A stretch of 43,967 nucleotides of DNA. Origin: an uncultured bacterium (GTDB lineage Bacteria; RBG-13-66-14). Positions 18,742 through 28,242 of the stretch are shown in pieces. Position 1 is the stretch's first letter, and every line of letters begins with the position of its first letter. Position numbers and translations under genes: made by a program. The notes under the pieces were generated by a model. That model searched no databases. It was not told the origin of the DNA and worked only from the letters and a program-made list of their open reading frames with translations. Where the stretch lies: contig CAZNZF010000003.1 in the NCBI GenBank assembly GCA_964577465.1, positions 28,880 to 72,846 of the forward strand, given 5' to 3'.

Positions 18742-20013
18742 TCAAAGGCCCTCGAAGAGCGCGGCCGTCTCCGCGGCCAGCCTCGACCGCTCGTACGCCT
18801 CCACCCGCCCCCGGTCGATCGGCTCTGGCGGGTCGTCGAGGAGGAGGCGGAGCGCCCCGGCGATTTTCTCCGCGTCGTCGGGGTCGGCCGTCGGCCCCGC
18901 GCCCAGGGAACGGACCAGGTCGGCGGCGTCGCCGGGCGGACAGCAGGCCAGAATCGGCCGCCCCAGGCGGAGGTACTCGAAGAGCTTCCCCGTAAGTACG
19001 GTCTGCGCTCCGGGCTGGTTCCCCACGACCACGAGGAGCAGGCGGCAGCGGGCCAATTCTTCAAGGGTCCGCCGGTGGGGCAGGTTCCCCCGGCGGGTGA
19101 TGAGCTCGGGTCGGCGCCGGGCGAAACGGCCCAGGGCGTCCTCGGCCTCCAGCCCCGACGTGCCGATTTCGAGGAAGCGCAGGCCGGCCTCCGGCCGCTC
19201 GTCCGCGACGGTCTCCAGGGCGGCGAGGAAGGCGTCGGGCCGCCGCGCCCCGTAGAACGTCCCCGCGTGACCGATTGCCGTCCCGGGATGGGGAGACAAA
19301 ACGTCCAGACCGGCGAAGTCCGCCTCGTCGTAGCCGTTGGTGATGACGGTGATTTTTCCGGCGGAGTCGGGAAAGAACCGGCGGTAAATCTCCGCCATCC
19401 GCGGCGTGGCGCAGACCAGGGCGTCCGCCGCCTCCACGACGGCCCGCTCCAGCCGCCGCTGCAGGAGCCGATGGAGGGGCGTGGCCGGGTCGAAGAAGGG
19501 GCCGAGGGTCCAGGAGTCGCGCAAATCGGCGACCCATTTCAGCCCCAGCTCCCGCTTGAGCGCCAGGCCCACCAGGTGGCCGCTCACCGGGGGTGAGGTG
19601 GTCCAGACGGTGGAGTAGCGCCCCTGCCGGGCCAGCTTGAGGCCCAGGGACCGGGCGGTGCGCGACCAGCCCACCTGCTGGTCGGGCAGGTTCCCCAGGC
19701 GGGCCAGGAGTGTGCGCAGCCTCCCCCGCCACCCGGAACCGGCGGCTTTTGCAACGGTCGAACCGCCGCCGACGCGCAGTAGCCGGGCCGCGCTGGGATA
19801 GCGCCGTGCGGGCGCCCGGTGGACCGGGCAGTCCACCTCCCCCAGCGCCGCCTCGTCCCGCAGGTGATACCGGGAATCGTCCGCGGTGAGCACCTCGGGC
19901 TCCCACCCCGCGGCGGGGAGGTACTTCGCCAGTTTCAGGGCGCGCAGCATCCCCCCGCCGCCCAGCGGTGGGAAGAAGTAGCCGACCAGCAGCACCCGGC
20001 GTTCAGCGAGCAC
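18742..20013 (-). CDS. Glycosyltransferase family 4
   Basis: YFFPPLGGGG..R..K.AKYL, TTSPP, DLRDSW, NGYD, GKLFEYL. Confidence 0.9.
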   Translation of the reverse strand: MLAERRVLLVGYFFPPLGGGGMLRALKLAKYLPAAGWEPEVLTADDSRYHLRDEAALGEVDCPVHRAPARRYPSAARLLRVGGGSTVAKAAGSGWRGRLRTLLARLGNLPDQQVGWSRTARSLGLKLARQGRYSTVWTTSPPVSGHLVGLALKRELGLKWVADLRDSWTLGPFFDPATPLHRLLQRRLERAVVEAADALVCATPRMAEIYRRFFPDSAGKITVITNGYDEADFAGLDVLSPHPGTAIGHAGTFYGARRPDAFLAALETVADERPEAGLRFLEIGTSGLEAEDALGRFARRRPELITRRGNLPHRRTLEELARCRLLLVVVGNQPGAQTVLTGKLFEYLRLGRPILACCPPGDAADLVRSLGAGPTADPDDAEKIAGALRLLLDDPPEPIDRGRVEAYERSRLAAETAALFEGL

Positions 20014-21283
20014 GGCCGCCGTCCCAATGGTCGAGGATTTCAGCGAGCTGCTCCGCCCGGGCCGGAGCGGCGAAGAAGCGTCGGGCCGTCTCGGGAACGG
20101 ACCGGCTCAGCGGACCCGTCCCCTCCAGGGCGCCTTTGAGCGAACGGTACACGCCCCCGTCGTCGTCGTCGTCGTGGGCCGCGCCCAGATTGAAGCGTTC
20201 CAGCGTCCGGCGGGCGGCCCGGTTGGCCGAGACCAAAAGGATGGGCCGTCCGGCGCCGACGTAATCCGAGGTGCGCCCCGGCAGCCCGTGGGGGTTGTCC
20301 CGGGCGGCGGTGAGGAGGAGCACGTCCGCCTCGCGCTGCCGACGCAGGCTCTCACGGTACGGGACCTGGCCCGGCGCCTCGGTGAAGGCACCGGCGCCGT
20401 TCTCCCGGGCCACGTCCAGGAATGGCCGCCCGACGCTGGTCCCCACGTGGCGCAGGACGATTCTGCGCGAGGGGTTCTCCCCGGCCAGCCGGGCCAGGGC
20501 GCGGCACACCGCCGGCAGGCCCTCGTCGTCCCGGTGGGTGCCGACCATGGAGACCAGGAACCGGGACGGGTCGCGCTCGACGGGGCCGAGGTCGGCATCC
20601 GGCTCCGGGTCGTAGGACAGCGGCGCCCAGGCGATTTTCCGAGCCGCGGCGGGATAGCGCTTACGCAGGTCCTCCGTCTCCACGGGCGAGGCGCACAGAA
20701 GCGCACGAGCGCGCGCCACCGCCCGGGCCTCCCCACGCAGGGCGATGGGCCGGGCCAAATGACCCGTGGTCTTCGCCACCCAGCCGTCCACCCACCGGTC
20801 GGCCAGGTAGGCGACCCAGGGGATATTCAGGCTCCGGGCCAGGCGGTCGGCCAACCGCAGGTGGCTGAAGGGGGGCGCGATGACCAGGAGCGCGTCGTAC
20901 CGTCCTGTGCGTCCCAGCTGTCGGCCCCGCGCATAGAAGAAGGGGACGGAAAGGACCTTGGGGTCGGGCTTCAGCAGGACGTGCTGGAGGCGGGACAGGG
21001 GACCGCCGTGGCGGAATCCGCCGGAGCCGAACCCCGCCCGGCGCGCGCCCGCCAGCCATAAAAGCCGCGCCGGGTCCAGCGAGCCCGCCCGGTGCACCTC
21101 GGCGAACCGGGCGAAGTCGCGCTCCAGCTCGCGGTCGTAGGCGTAGTAGAGAATCGGCTTCACGGTGAGCACCTCGGGCCGCCAGCCGAAATCCGCCATG
21201 TACTTGACGTAGGGCAGCGGTTCTTTCACGCCGCCCATCCCCAGCGGCGGATAGTAGTAGGCGATGATTAAAAGCCGCCTCAT
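20003..21283 (-). CDS. Glycosyltransferase family 4-like
   Basis: AYYYPPLGMGGV, APPFS, PGRTSDY (divergent GK..EY); paralog of the neighbouring gene; overlapping start/stop. Confidence 0.8.
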   Translation of the reverse strand: MRRLLIIAYYYPPLGMGGVKEPLPYVKYMADFGWRPEVLTVKPILYYAYDRELERDFARFAEVHRAGSLDPARLLWLAGARRAGFGSGGFRHGGPLSRLQHVLLKPDPKVLSVPFFYARGRQLGRTGRYDALLVIAPPFSHLRLADRLARSLNIPWVAYLADRWVDGWVAKTTGHLARPIALRGEARAVARARALLCASPVETEDLRKRYPAAARKIAWAPLSYDPEPDADLGPVERDPSRFLVSMVGTHRDDEGLPAVCRALARLAGENPSRRIVLRHVGTSVGRPFLDVARENGAGAFTEAPGQVPYRESLRRQREADVLLLTAARDNPHGLPGRTSDYVGAGRPILLVSANRAARRTLERFNLGAAHDDDDDGGVYRSLKGALEGTGPLSRSVPETARRFFAAPARAEQLAEILDHWDGGRAR

Positions 21284-22377
21284 ACCGGTCCCCGCGCCCA
21301 GGTCTCGCCGACGAAGGGCTCGCCCCCGACCAGGGCCGCGAGCCGCCGCTCGACCAGGGCCAGGTTGTCCTCCAGCCGCCCCACGCGGCGGAATGTGTCG
21401 AGGTTCACCCGCCGGTCCTCATCCAATCCACCCGGCTCGCCCAGGCGTGCTATCAGCCGTTCGGCGAGGGCGGAAGTGTCCCCCACTCCGAAGAGGTCCG
21501 CCCGCGCCCCGGCCTCGACAATCTCCCGGTCGGCGGGGATGTCGGTCACCACGGGGTAGGCGCCGCAGGCCAGCGCCTCCAGGAGCGAGATGGACATCCC
21601 GTCCACCTCGGAGCAGGAGACGTAGAGCGAGGAGCGTTGCAGGTACCCCGCTGTGGCCTTCGGGTCGAGCCTCCCGACGAACTCGCAGTTGTTGCGGACG
21701 CCCAGCTTTTCCGCAAGTTTTTCCAGGGACACGCGCCGCGGCCCGTCGTTGGCGAAGACGACGCGCACGTCGGGGACGTGACCGACGACCTCGGGTAGGG
21801 CCCGAATCAGGGTCTCCACGTGGAGGATGTCCTTGTGCTCGCGGTTGGTGAAGATAAGATGCGGCTCACGAACCCCGTCCGCGCCCGGATGGAATACGGC
21901 CGGGTCCACCCCCACGTAGGTCGCCGCCGTCCGTCGCTCATCGGCCCCCAGCCGCCGGGCGTGGTCCAGGAGATGCCGGCCGCAGACCAGCGTCAGGTCG
22001 GCCCGCCGCAGAATCAGCCCCACGCGCCACCGGTCGTAGGGGTGGCGGTCCACGGCGTAGGGGATGTCCGGGCTCCAGGCCACCACGGCGAGCGGGTGCC
22101 GGTCCACCAGCGCGGCCAGGAAGCCGTGGCTCGGGAGGTACTGGCCGAGGACGACGTCGGGGTCTATTTCCCGAATCAGGCGGCGGGCCCGGCCCACCGA
22201 GCCGAAGACCTTCCACTGGCTGACGCCGTCCGTCCCGGTGAGGTCGTGCTGATTCGCGCAGAGCTTCACGCCGCGCTCCAGGCTCACCAGGTGCAGCTCG
22301 TGGCCGCGCCCGGTGAAGAAGTCCACCCAGCGGGGGGTGTGCACGTTGGCGGCGCTGGAGAAGAGGGCTATGCGCAT
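21280..22377 (-). CDS. Glycosyltransferase family 4
   Basis: SSAANVHTPRW; DGMSISLLEALACG (EX7E-type motif); TDIPAD.E. Confidence 0.9.
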   Translation of the reverse strand: MRIALFSSAANVHTPRWVDFFTGRGHELHLVSLERGVKLCANQHDLTGTDGVSQWKVFGSVGRARRLIREIDPDVVLGQYLPSHGFLAALVDRHPLAVVAWSPDIPYAVDRHPYDRWRVGLILRRADLTLVCGRHLLDHARRLGADERRTAATYVGVDPAVFHPGADGVREPHLIFTNREHKDILHVETLIRALPEVVGHVPDVRVVFANDGPRRVSLEKLAEKLGVRNNCEFVGRLDPKATAGYLQRSSLYVSCSEVDGMSISLLEALACGAYPVVTDIPADREIVEAGARADLFGVGDTSALAERLIARLGEPGGLDEDRRVNLDTFRRVGRLEDNLALVERRLAALVGGEPFVGETWARGPV

Positions 22378-22489
22378 GGGCCTCGTCCGTTTCAGACGTG
22401 GATTTTAGCACGGATTGCGCCCGGCGTGAGTCGACTGGGGCCGCCCCGCGGGACGGCCCGATAAATCACTTCCGCCGGAGCGATGAACG

Positions 22490-22517
22490 AAAAGGGGCGA
22501 GTCCCGCCCGCCCCTTC
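22490..22517 (-). terminator. Intrinsic terminator
   Basis: AAAAGGGGCG / CGCCCCTTC hairpin immediately after the 22524 stop. Confidence 0.6.
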
Positions 22518-22523
22518 AATCCG

Positions 22524-24233
22524 CTACGTCTGCGGCTTTTTCCGGGTCACGAGGACCACGACCAGGATGACGACAATCGCGGCACCCAGGCCGATTACGA
22601 GCCACAACCACCAGGGCAGGCCCCGGGCGATTTCACTCCGGGTCACCTCGCCGTCCGGCGAGTAGGCGCGCGTGGAGACCAAAAGGACCGCCTCGGCGAC
22701 GCCCCCGTCGAGGGTGACGCCCCCCGAGACCAGGGCGTAGTGGTCGGCCAGAATCTGCACCGCCTCGGGCAGTTCCAGCCCCGGCGTCATGGCCAGGAGC
22801 TTGACCAGCTTGTCCGCGCTGGCGAAGCCCAGCAGCCTGTACCCGGGCAACTGGCCCTCGAGGAGCTTGTAGTCGGAGTTGGATGTAATCCCCTCGGCCC
22901 GGCCCAGGTCCACGTCCCGGACCTGGGACACGATCCCGGAGTCGGAGGTCAGGATGAGGTAGCCGTCGTAGAAGGCCAGCGCCGGCTTCACCGGCAGTGA
23001 AATCGGCCCGGCCACGGCCAGCTCGTCCAGCTCCACGTCGCCGTCGGTGCGGCGCTCCAGCGATACGTCGCCGCCCATCTCGCCCTCGATGGCCGCCGCC
23101 ATGAGCGGCCGGAGCTTGGAGTCGTAGATGAGCTTGAAGAGCGCCGGGTCGTCCAACGTGAGCCCCAGGGTGAAGCCCGGTATCATTCCCGTGTCGGTGA
23201 GGAAGAGGAAGAAGCCCCCACCGACGCTCTGGATGAGGCTCGTCAGATTCTCCTCACCCACGGCCGCGATGAACTGCGACGCCTCCGGGAACTGGGAGAG
23301 GAGCCCGATGAGCATCCCGGATATCCCCTCTTTTTCCTCCAGTGGAACCAGGCCCTTATCCCCGCCGAGGAAGGCGAGGCTGTCCCGGGGCACGGGCAGC
23401 TTGGTCTCCGGCTCGTCCGACTTGGTGAATTCGCCGCAGGCCAGCGCGGAGAACGTCACTCCCTCGGGCTGGATCCTGAGCCCCAGCCCGGCGCTCTGGA
23501 CCTTGGTCAGCATGTCCTTGACCGCCGCGGGGACCTGCGGGGCCTGGGTCAGGGCCAGGGCCAGGAAACCGCGGATGGAGCTCATGTCGACGATGACGGA
23601 GACGGTATCGTTCTGGAAGCGCTCCGCCAGCGGGCTGACGCTCTCGGAGGCGAAGAACCGCTTCTCGGGGTCGCCCAGGGCGTCCAGGCAGCTCTTCACG
23701 AGGGACAGGGACTCGCCCGCGATGAAGAGGCCGCCGGTTTCGGTGCTGTAAACGCCGCTGACGACCCTGATTTCGGCCTTCGCGTAATTCTCGACGGGCT
23801 CCGGCTTTTCCACACCCAGGGTTTTATAGAAGAAATCGGAGAAGGTTTCAGGGTCCTGGAGGGAGATGATGACGACCGGCTGCGGCTCCGGAATACCGCC
23901 CAGGGCGATGCAGAGCGGCTTGTCCACGTCGATGCCCAGGTCCCAGAGGCCCTGGAGGGAATCCGCGGGTGGCTCTTCGGTGTCGAACATCTCTTTGACG
24001 AGCTCCCCGATTCTCCCCACGACCTCGTCCGCCAGATTCGGGGCCACGGCGCGCAGCTCGTTCACCAGGTTTTCGGCGCCGTCCCACAGGCCGGCGACGG
24101 ATGGAACGTAGACCACCTGAAAGACTCCCGTCGGGACGGCCTCGGTGGGGTCGCCGCCCTCGGTGGCGCAACCGGCGAGCCCGAGGAACAGGCAGGCTGT
24201 CAGCAGGGGGATGAATAAACGACGCATTTTCAA
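22524..24233 (-). CDS. Lipoprotein with C-terminal TM anchor (DUF3352-like)
   Basis: Lipobox LGLAGC; C-terminal PWWLWLVIGLGAAIVVILVVVLV-TRKKPQT; start at TTG 24233 or ATG 24227. Confidence 0.65.
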   Translation of the reverse strand: MKMRRLFIPLLTACLFLGLAGCATEGGDPTEAVPTGVFQVVYVPSVAGLWDGAENLVNELRAVAPNLADEVVGRIGELVKEMFDTEEPPADSLQGLWDLGIDVDKPLCIALGGIPEPQPVVIISLQDPETFSDFFYKTLGVEKPEPVENYAKAEIRVVSGVYSTETGGLFIAGESLSLVKSCLDALGDPEKRFFASESVSPLAERFQNDTVSVIVDMSSIRGFLALALTQAPQVPAAVKDMLTKVQSAGLGLRIQPEGVTFSALACGEFTKSDEPETKLPVPRDSLAFLGGDKGLVPLEEKEGISGMLIGLLSQFPEASQFIAAVGEENLTSLIQSVGGGFFLFLTDTGMIPGFTLGLTLDDPALFKLIYDSKLRPLMAAAIEGEMGGDVSLERRTDGDVELDELAVAGPISLPVKPALAFYDGYLILTSDSGIVSQVRDVDLGRAEGITSNSDYKLLEGQLPGYRLLGFASADKLVKLLAMTPGLELPEAVQILADHYALVSGGVTLDGGVAEAVLLVSTRAYSPDGEVTRSEIARGLPWWLWLVIGLGAAIVVILVVVLVTRKKPQT

Positions 24234-24251
24234 TCCTTCGGTTGGGGTTCG

Positions 24252-24527
24252 TTAAAAGGAGAGGAGGTCGTCCCGGCCGCCCTTCCGCTCGAGGACGGTG
24301 TAGAGGGATTCGGCCTCGCCCTTGGGCACGGTTTCGGAAATACTCTCTATGCGCACCACCAGCGTGGTCGGGCCGAGCCGGATTTCCAGCTCGTCCCCCA
24401 CGGCGACCTGCTTGCCCGCGTCGGCGGCCCGGCCGTTCACCTTTATCCGGCCGGCGTCGGCGACCTGCTTGGCCACGGGGCGGCGCTTGATAATCCGCGA
24501 AACCTTCAGAAACTTGTCCAGGCGCAT
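24252..24527 (-). CDS. rqcP: S4-domain RNA-binding protein, YabO/RqcP (Hsp15) family
   Basis: MRLDKFLKVSRIIKRR..AK.VAD.GRI.VNG...GDEL.I closely follows Bacillus YabO/RqcP. Confidence 0.85.
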   Translation of the reverse strand: MRLDKFLKVSRIIKRRPVAKQVADAGRIKVNGRAADAGKQVAVGDELEIRLGPTTLVVRIESISETVPKGEAESLYTVLERKGGRDDLLSF

Positions 24528-24534
24528 CTCGTTC

Positions 24535-25407
24535 CTACGGGTTGGAGTAGCGGACGCCGAGGAAAACACGGAGCAGGTTCAGCTCGTGCATGCGGGCCAC
24601 CCAGTCCGGCGCCCCGGCGTCGGCGTGGTAATCGGAGAGCGGCGCGGCCTCGAGCCAGGCGGGCGGCGGCTCGTCTTCCACTTCCAAGGGTACGTCCCGC
24701 GGCAGCCCCGCCGTCCGGTCCAGCACCCAGCGGAGATAGGCCAGGGCGTAATCGAGGGCCCTCCCGGCGTGCTCCCCGGCGAGGGGGACGCCGTGCCCCG
24801 GAATGATAATCTCCGGCGAGAGCGACCGGGCGCGCTCCAGGGCGCCGACGAGCCGCCAGGGGTCCCCCCAGTAGAAGTAGGGGATGGCCGGGTCTTCGGG
24901 CCGGTCACCGGCCAGGAGGTTGTCCCCGGCGACGAGGGTTCTCCGCGCCGGGTCCCAGACCATCACCAGGTCCGGGCTGTGCCCCGGGGCGTGGAGGAGC
25001 TCGACGGTCCCGGCCCCCAGGCGCAGGTCCAGCCGGCGGTCCACCAGGATGCGCGGCCGTACGAGGCGCTCGAAGGCGATGCGCGCCGGGCCGCGGGAGA
25101 CCATGTTCCGCTCCAGGGAGATGGTCTCGAAGTGGCGCCGGTGGGCGACTAACGGCATCCCGTCGTCCAGGAGGCCGGCGTTGCCCCCGCAGTGGTCCGA
25201 GTGCCAGTGGGTGTTGACCAGGGCGACCGGCCGCAGGCCCGCGTCCAGCAGGCGGCGGCGGATTTGACCGGCCTGGGCCACGGTGGCCGTCGAGTCCACC
25301 ACCACGGCCTCGCCCCCGTCGATGAGCGCCGCGACGTTGACCTTGAGCGGGCTGCCGGTGAAGACCAGCAGGCCCGTGTGCGGTTCTTGGACGCTAAGCT
25401 CTGCCAC
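24535..25407 (-). CDS. MBL-fold metallo-hydrolase
   Basis: THWHSDH, PGHSPD, AGD and PGHG motifs. Confidence 0.9.
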   Translation of the reverse strand: MAELSVQEPHTGLLVFTGSPLKVNVAALIDGGEAVVVDSTATVAQAGQIRRRLLDAGLRPVALVNTHWHSDHCGGNAGLLDDGMPLVAHRRHFETISLERNMVSRGPARIAFERLVRPRILVDRRLDLRLGAGTVELLHAPGHSPDLVMVWDPARRTLVAGDNLLAGDRPEDPAIPYFYWGDPWRLVGALERARSLSPEIIIPGHGVPLAGEHAGRALDYALAYLRWVLDRTAGLPRDVPLEVEDEPPPAWLEAAPLSDYHADAGAPDWVARMHELNLLRVFLGVRYSNP

Positions 25408-25465
25408 GTCCGTCCGAGGGTGCGGAATGAAATCAGGTTCAGTTTATCCCGCCGGCGGACCGCGG

Positions 25466-27406
25466 TCAAGTGACGCGCACCACCGACCGACGGCCGCCCA
25501 GCACGAGCTCGATTTCACCGATGGGGGGATAGCCCAACTCCGCCCGCCAGGCCGTTTTCAACCCCATCACCCCGCCGATGGGCCTGAAATCCGGCCGGGT
25601 AAGGGTGCCGTCGGGCCAGCGCACCTCGAGGCCGCCCGAAGTAGCCAGTTGCACGAAGAGCCGCGTCCCCGCCGAAATCCCCACGTCCCCCCGCTCGGGG
25701 GTCCAGACGAGGTAGTCCAGAATCACCGGGCGGTCGAGCTCCGCGGGAACGGGCAGACCCGCAGTCCGGTACGCGGCGGCCAGGTGGGCGCGGAACAGGC
25801 GGTCGAACTCGCGCTCCGCCTTGGGCGCCGCCGCCTGGTCCGTCCCGTACCACCAGAACCAGTCCGACCCCTCGGCGGCGTATACGTTGAAAAACACGTC
25901 GGGTCGGGATTCGGCGGTCACTCCCGCGTCATCCAGTGCGCGGCGCAGCGCGGCGACCAGCTCCCAGGCCCGGTTCTCCTCCGGTTCGCCGATCCAGGTG
26001 CCCAGGTCGTTCCCCGGCGCCGAGCCGAACTCGTCGATCCAGCTCGCGTGGGGCAGGTTCTCGATGACGGGCAATTTTACGCCCCGCTCCCGGAGCTCGG
26101 ACAGATACTCGCCGGGGGTCGTCAGGGCGATGTCCTGTGCCCGGAGGAGATCGTCGTAGAGGGCGAGGAGGAAGTCCCGCCCGTCGCGGGCGTAGGCGCC
26201 CCAGGCGTTGTCGCCGTCCAGAATCACCGTGGCGCAGCCGCCCGACCGCCCGGCGTAGCGATGCCGCAGGCCCCAGAGGAAATCCCCGGCCGCCTCCCGG
26301 GGGGCGAGGCGGCTGTAGTGAAAACCGACGGCGTCCGACAGCGGGTGGTCGCGGAAGAAGACGGGCACCCCGGCGTTCCAGGGCACGGCCAGCTCGGCCG
26401 CCGTAGGCTCGCGGCCCAGGGCCAGCGCCAGGACCCCCTCGTCGGTGGCCAGCCAGCGCGCCCCGGCGTCCTTGAAAATCCCGACGACGTTCCGGCCGAC
26501 CGCCCCCTCCGCGGGCCACCAACCCGAGGGGGCGAAGCCGTACGCCTCGCGGAGCACGTCTAAACCCAATTCCAATTGCCCCCTCGCGTCGGCGGGGTAC
26601 GAGAAGCGCGGCGGGTGGACGCTGCCGGCGCGGTCGAGGAAGGCGTCATCCGAATCCACCAGAATCGGCAGGATGGGGTGGGCGAAGGGGGTCGCGGTGA
26701 GTTCCACCTGGCCGCGTCCCGCCAGGGCGCGGTGCAGGGGGATGACGGCCGCCAGGGTGCGCCGCCAGGCCCGCCCGAGCTCGGCCACGTCGCCGGAGTC
26801 GAAGTCCGCACCTTTGTCAACGAGACCGGTAACGGAGAGCGCCTCTCCCGAAGGAGTCACCCATTCCCCCTCGCGCAGCTCCACGGGGAACCAGGCCAGG
26901 TTGGCCCAGACGGCGAGGTCCACCAGGTCCCGCCGGGGTATGCCCACCGCCTCCGCCGCGAGTCGGGACGGGACGCCCTTCGCCTCCCACAGGTCCAGGT
27001 CGGCGAGGGATTGGCTCAGCGGCGAGTACCGCCCGAAGAGCTCGGCGTAACGGGGGTGGATGTCAATCTGACCTGAAAAGTCGGCGTCGAAGGCGTCCCG
27101 CAGGAGCCGGAGCGTCTCGGCGGGGTTCAGGCCGTCCACGGATTTTTCGCAAAACTCCCACAGCCGGTCCGTGGCCCCCGCGAGGTAGTCGTTCAACTGC
27201 CGAATAAGGATGGGCGTAAGGTTGACCACGCACCGCATCCCGGGACGTTCCCAGAGCCTCGCCGCCATGCCGAAATAATCCCGCAGCCCGTGGAGCCTGA
27301 CCCAGGGCAGGCGGTAGCTCCCGCGGGGCCCGGAGGCGGCCGGGTCGCGGTAGAGCGGCTGGTGCTGGTGCCAGATTAAGCAAAGATTCAGTTTATCGGG
27401 AGGCAT
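25466..27406 (-). CDS. GH57 family glycoside hydrolase (amylopullulanase-like)
   Basis: HQHQP, HPILP, GWWPAEGAV, LDGDNAW, AEGSDWFWWYG. Confidence 0.9.
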   Translation of the reverse strand: MPPDKLNLCLIWHQHQPLYRDPAASGPRGSYRLPWVRLHGLRDYFGMAARLWERPGMRCVVNLTPILIRQLNDYLAGATDRLWEFCEKSVDGLNPAETLRLLRDAFDADFSGQIDIHPRYAELFGRYSPLSQSLADLDLWEAKGVPSRLAAEAVGIPRRDLVDLAVWANLAWFPVELREGEWVTPSGEALSVTGLVDKGADFDSGDVAELGRAWRRTLAAVIPLHRALAGRGQVELTATPFAHPILPILVDSDDAFLDRAGSVHPPRFSYPADARGQLELGLDVLREAYGFAPSGWWPAEGAVGRNVVGIFKDAGARWLATDEGVLALALGREPTAAELAVPWNAGVPVFFRDHPLSDAVGFHYSRLAPREAAGDFLWGLRHRYAGRSGGCATVILDGDNAWGAYARDGRDFLLALYDDLLRAQDIALTTPGEYLSELRERGVKLPVIENLPHASWIDEFGSAPGNDLGTWIGEPEENRAWELVAALRRALDDAGVTAESRPDVFFNVYAAEGSDWFWWYGTDQAAAPKAEREFDRLFRAHLAAAYRTAGLPVPAELDRPVILDYLVWTPERGDVGISAGTRLFVQLATSGGLEVRWPDGTLTRPDFRPIGGVMGLKTAWRAELGYPPIGEIELVLGGRRSVVRVT

Positions 27407-27430
27407 GGGCGGCTCATTCCGGGGAAGGTG

Positions 27431-27456
27431 AAAAAAGCGCGAACCGAGGTCCGCGC
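27431..27456 (-). terminator. Intrinsic terminator downstream of rplS
   Basis: GCGCGGACC / GGTTCGCGC stem followed by T6 on the minus strand. Confidence 0.7.
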
Positions 27457-27518
27457 GACTTCAACCCGTCAATTCGTTGGGGCGCTCCTTCGTTTCGCCG
27501 GGAGAACCCCGCTATCCG

Positions 27519-27549
27519 AGGAGACAAGGGGTCCAAATACCTTGCCTCT
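27519..27549 (+). repeat. Empty palindromic repeat (AGGAGACAAGGGG...CCTTGCCTCT), same family as the flanks of insertions A and B
   Basis: 25/31 identical to the reconstructed empty site of copy B (AGGAGACAAGGGATTTAAACCCCTTGCCCCT). Confidence 0.65.
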
Positions 27550-27567
27550 TTCAGGCGGCCGACCGGC

Positions 27568-27921
27568 TCAGCTCAGGCGTTTGTCCTTTATCCGGGCCGC
27601 CTTGCCGATTTTCCGGCGCAGGAAGTAGAGCTTCGACCGGCGGACCTTGCCCTGGCGCACGACGACGACGCCGTCCACGTTGGGGGAGTGGAGGGCGAAG
27701 ATGCGCTCGACGCCGATGTTCCCGGTCCCGGAAACGCGGCGGACGGTGAAGGTCTCGCGCACACCACCGTGGTTCTTGGCGATGACGATGCCGGTGAATT
27801 TCTGGATGCGCGTCTTGGCTCCCTCGACGATGCGGACCGACACCTCGACGGTATCGCCCACCTCGAACTCGGGGACGGTCTCGCGCATGTCGTTTTTTTC
27901 CAGGCGGTGCAGCCGGAGCAT
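27568..27921 (-). CDS. rplS: 50S ribosomal protein L19
   Basis: PEFEVGDTVEV...EGAKTRIQ.FTGIVI, TFTVRR, GVERIF..HSP, GKVRRSKLYFLR. Confidence 0.97.
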   Translation of the reverse strand: MLRLHRLEKNDMRETVPEFEVGDTVEVSVRIVEGAKTRIQKFTGIVIAKNHGGVRETFTVRRVSGTGNIGVERIFALHSPNVDGVVVVRQGKVRRSKLYFLRRKIGKAARIKDKRLS

Positions 27922-27969
27922 ACTTACCTGCCGAAGGGTGTGAGCCGGGAAAGGTTCGCCGGGCGGTGG

Positions 27970-27998
27970 AGTGTAATAAAGAACGGAAAAAAAGGCAA
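27970..27998 (-). promoter_or_regulatory. sigma70 promoter of rplS
   Basis: TTGCCT (27993-27998), 17 nt, TACACT (27970-27975), followed by a GC-rich discriminator. Confidence 0.7.
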
Positions 27999-28081
27999 GG
28001 GAAAAAGTGCGCCGCGGGCCGGTTTTCCGGCTTCTCCGGCGCGGATTAGGGGTATCCGGCGGGAACGGCGGGGACGGCATG

Positions 28082-28110
28082 TTGCCAAGTGGTACAAAGT
28101 GTACTATATT
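28082..28110 (+). promoter_or_regulatory. sigma70 promoter of 28271..30397 with a GTACA-N3-TGTAC inverted repeat in the spacer
   Basis: TTGCCA (28082-28087), 17 nt, TATATT (28105-28110). Confidence 0.6.
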
Positions 28111-28212
28111 AATGTAGGGAGTATTGTCTACCTGAGTTGATTAAAAAGCACACTTCGCGCCGCACCCGACGGAGACGAGGGAGCCGTCGATCAGCCGGGA
28201 GTACAAACTTCA

Positions 28213-28242
28213 TTTACGGCTGCGCCGTCGCAGTTACGCCAG
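28213..28242 (+). repeat. Mini-insertion family module copy F in the 5' UTR
   Basis: TTTACGGCTGCGCCGTCGCAGTTACGCCAG vs 4652-4681 TTTACGGCTACGCCGTCGCAGGTATGCCAG (27/30). Confidence 0.75.

Noticed and set aside
19770-19786. Weak similarity to the 21-nt module (also ACGGCTGCGCC at 42971)
   Set aside because: Too short and gapped to exceed chance in GC-rich DNA
20159-20174. (TCG)n microsatellite as a phase-variation tract
   Set aside because: Triplet repeat encoding DDDDD; slippage would not shift the frame
27922-28080. N-terminal extensions in the ORF track for rplS (also lptC, the S4 protein, TPR, Re-CS and leuD)
   Set aside because: They overlap promoters or neighbouring genes; downstream starts fit the RBS and family length better
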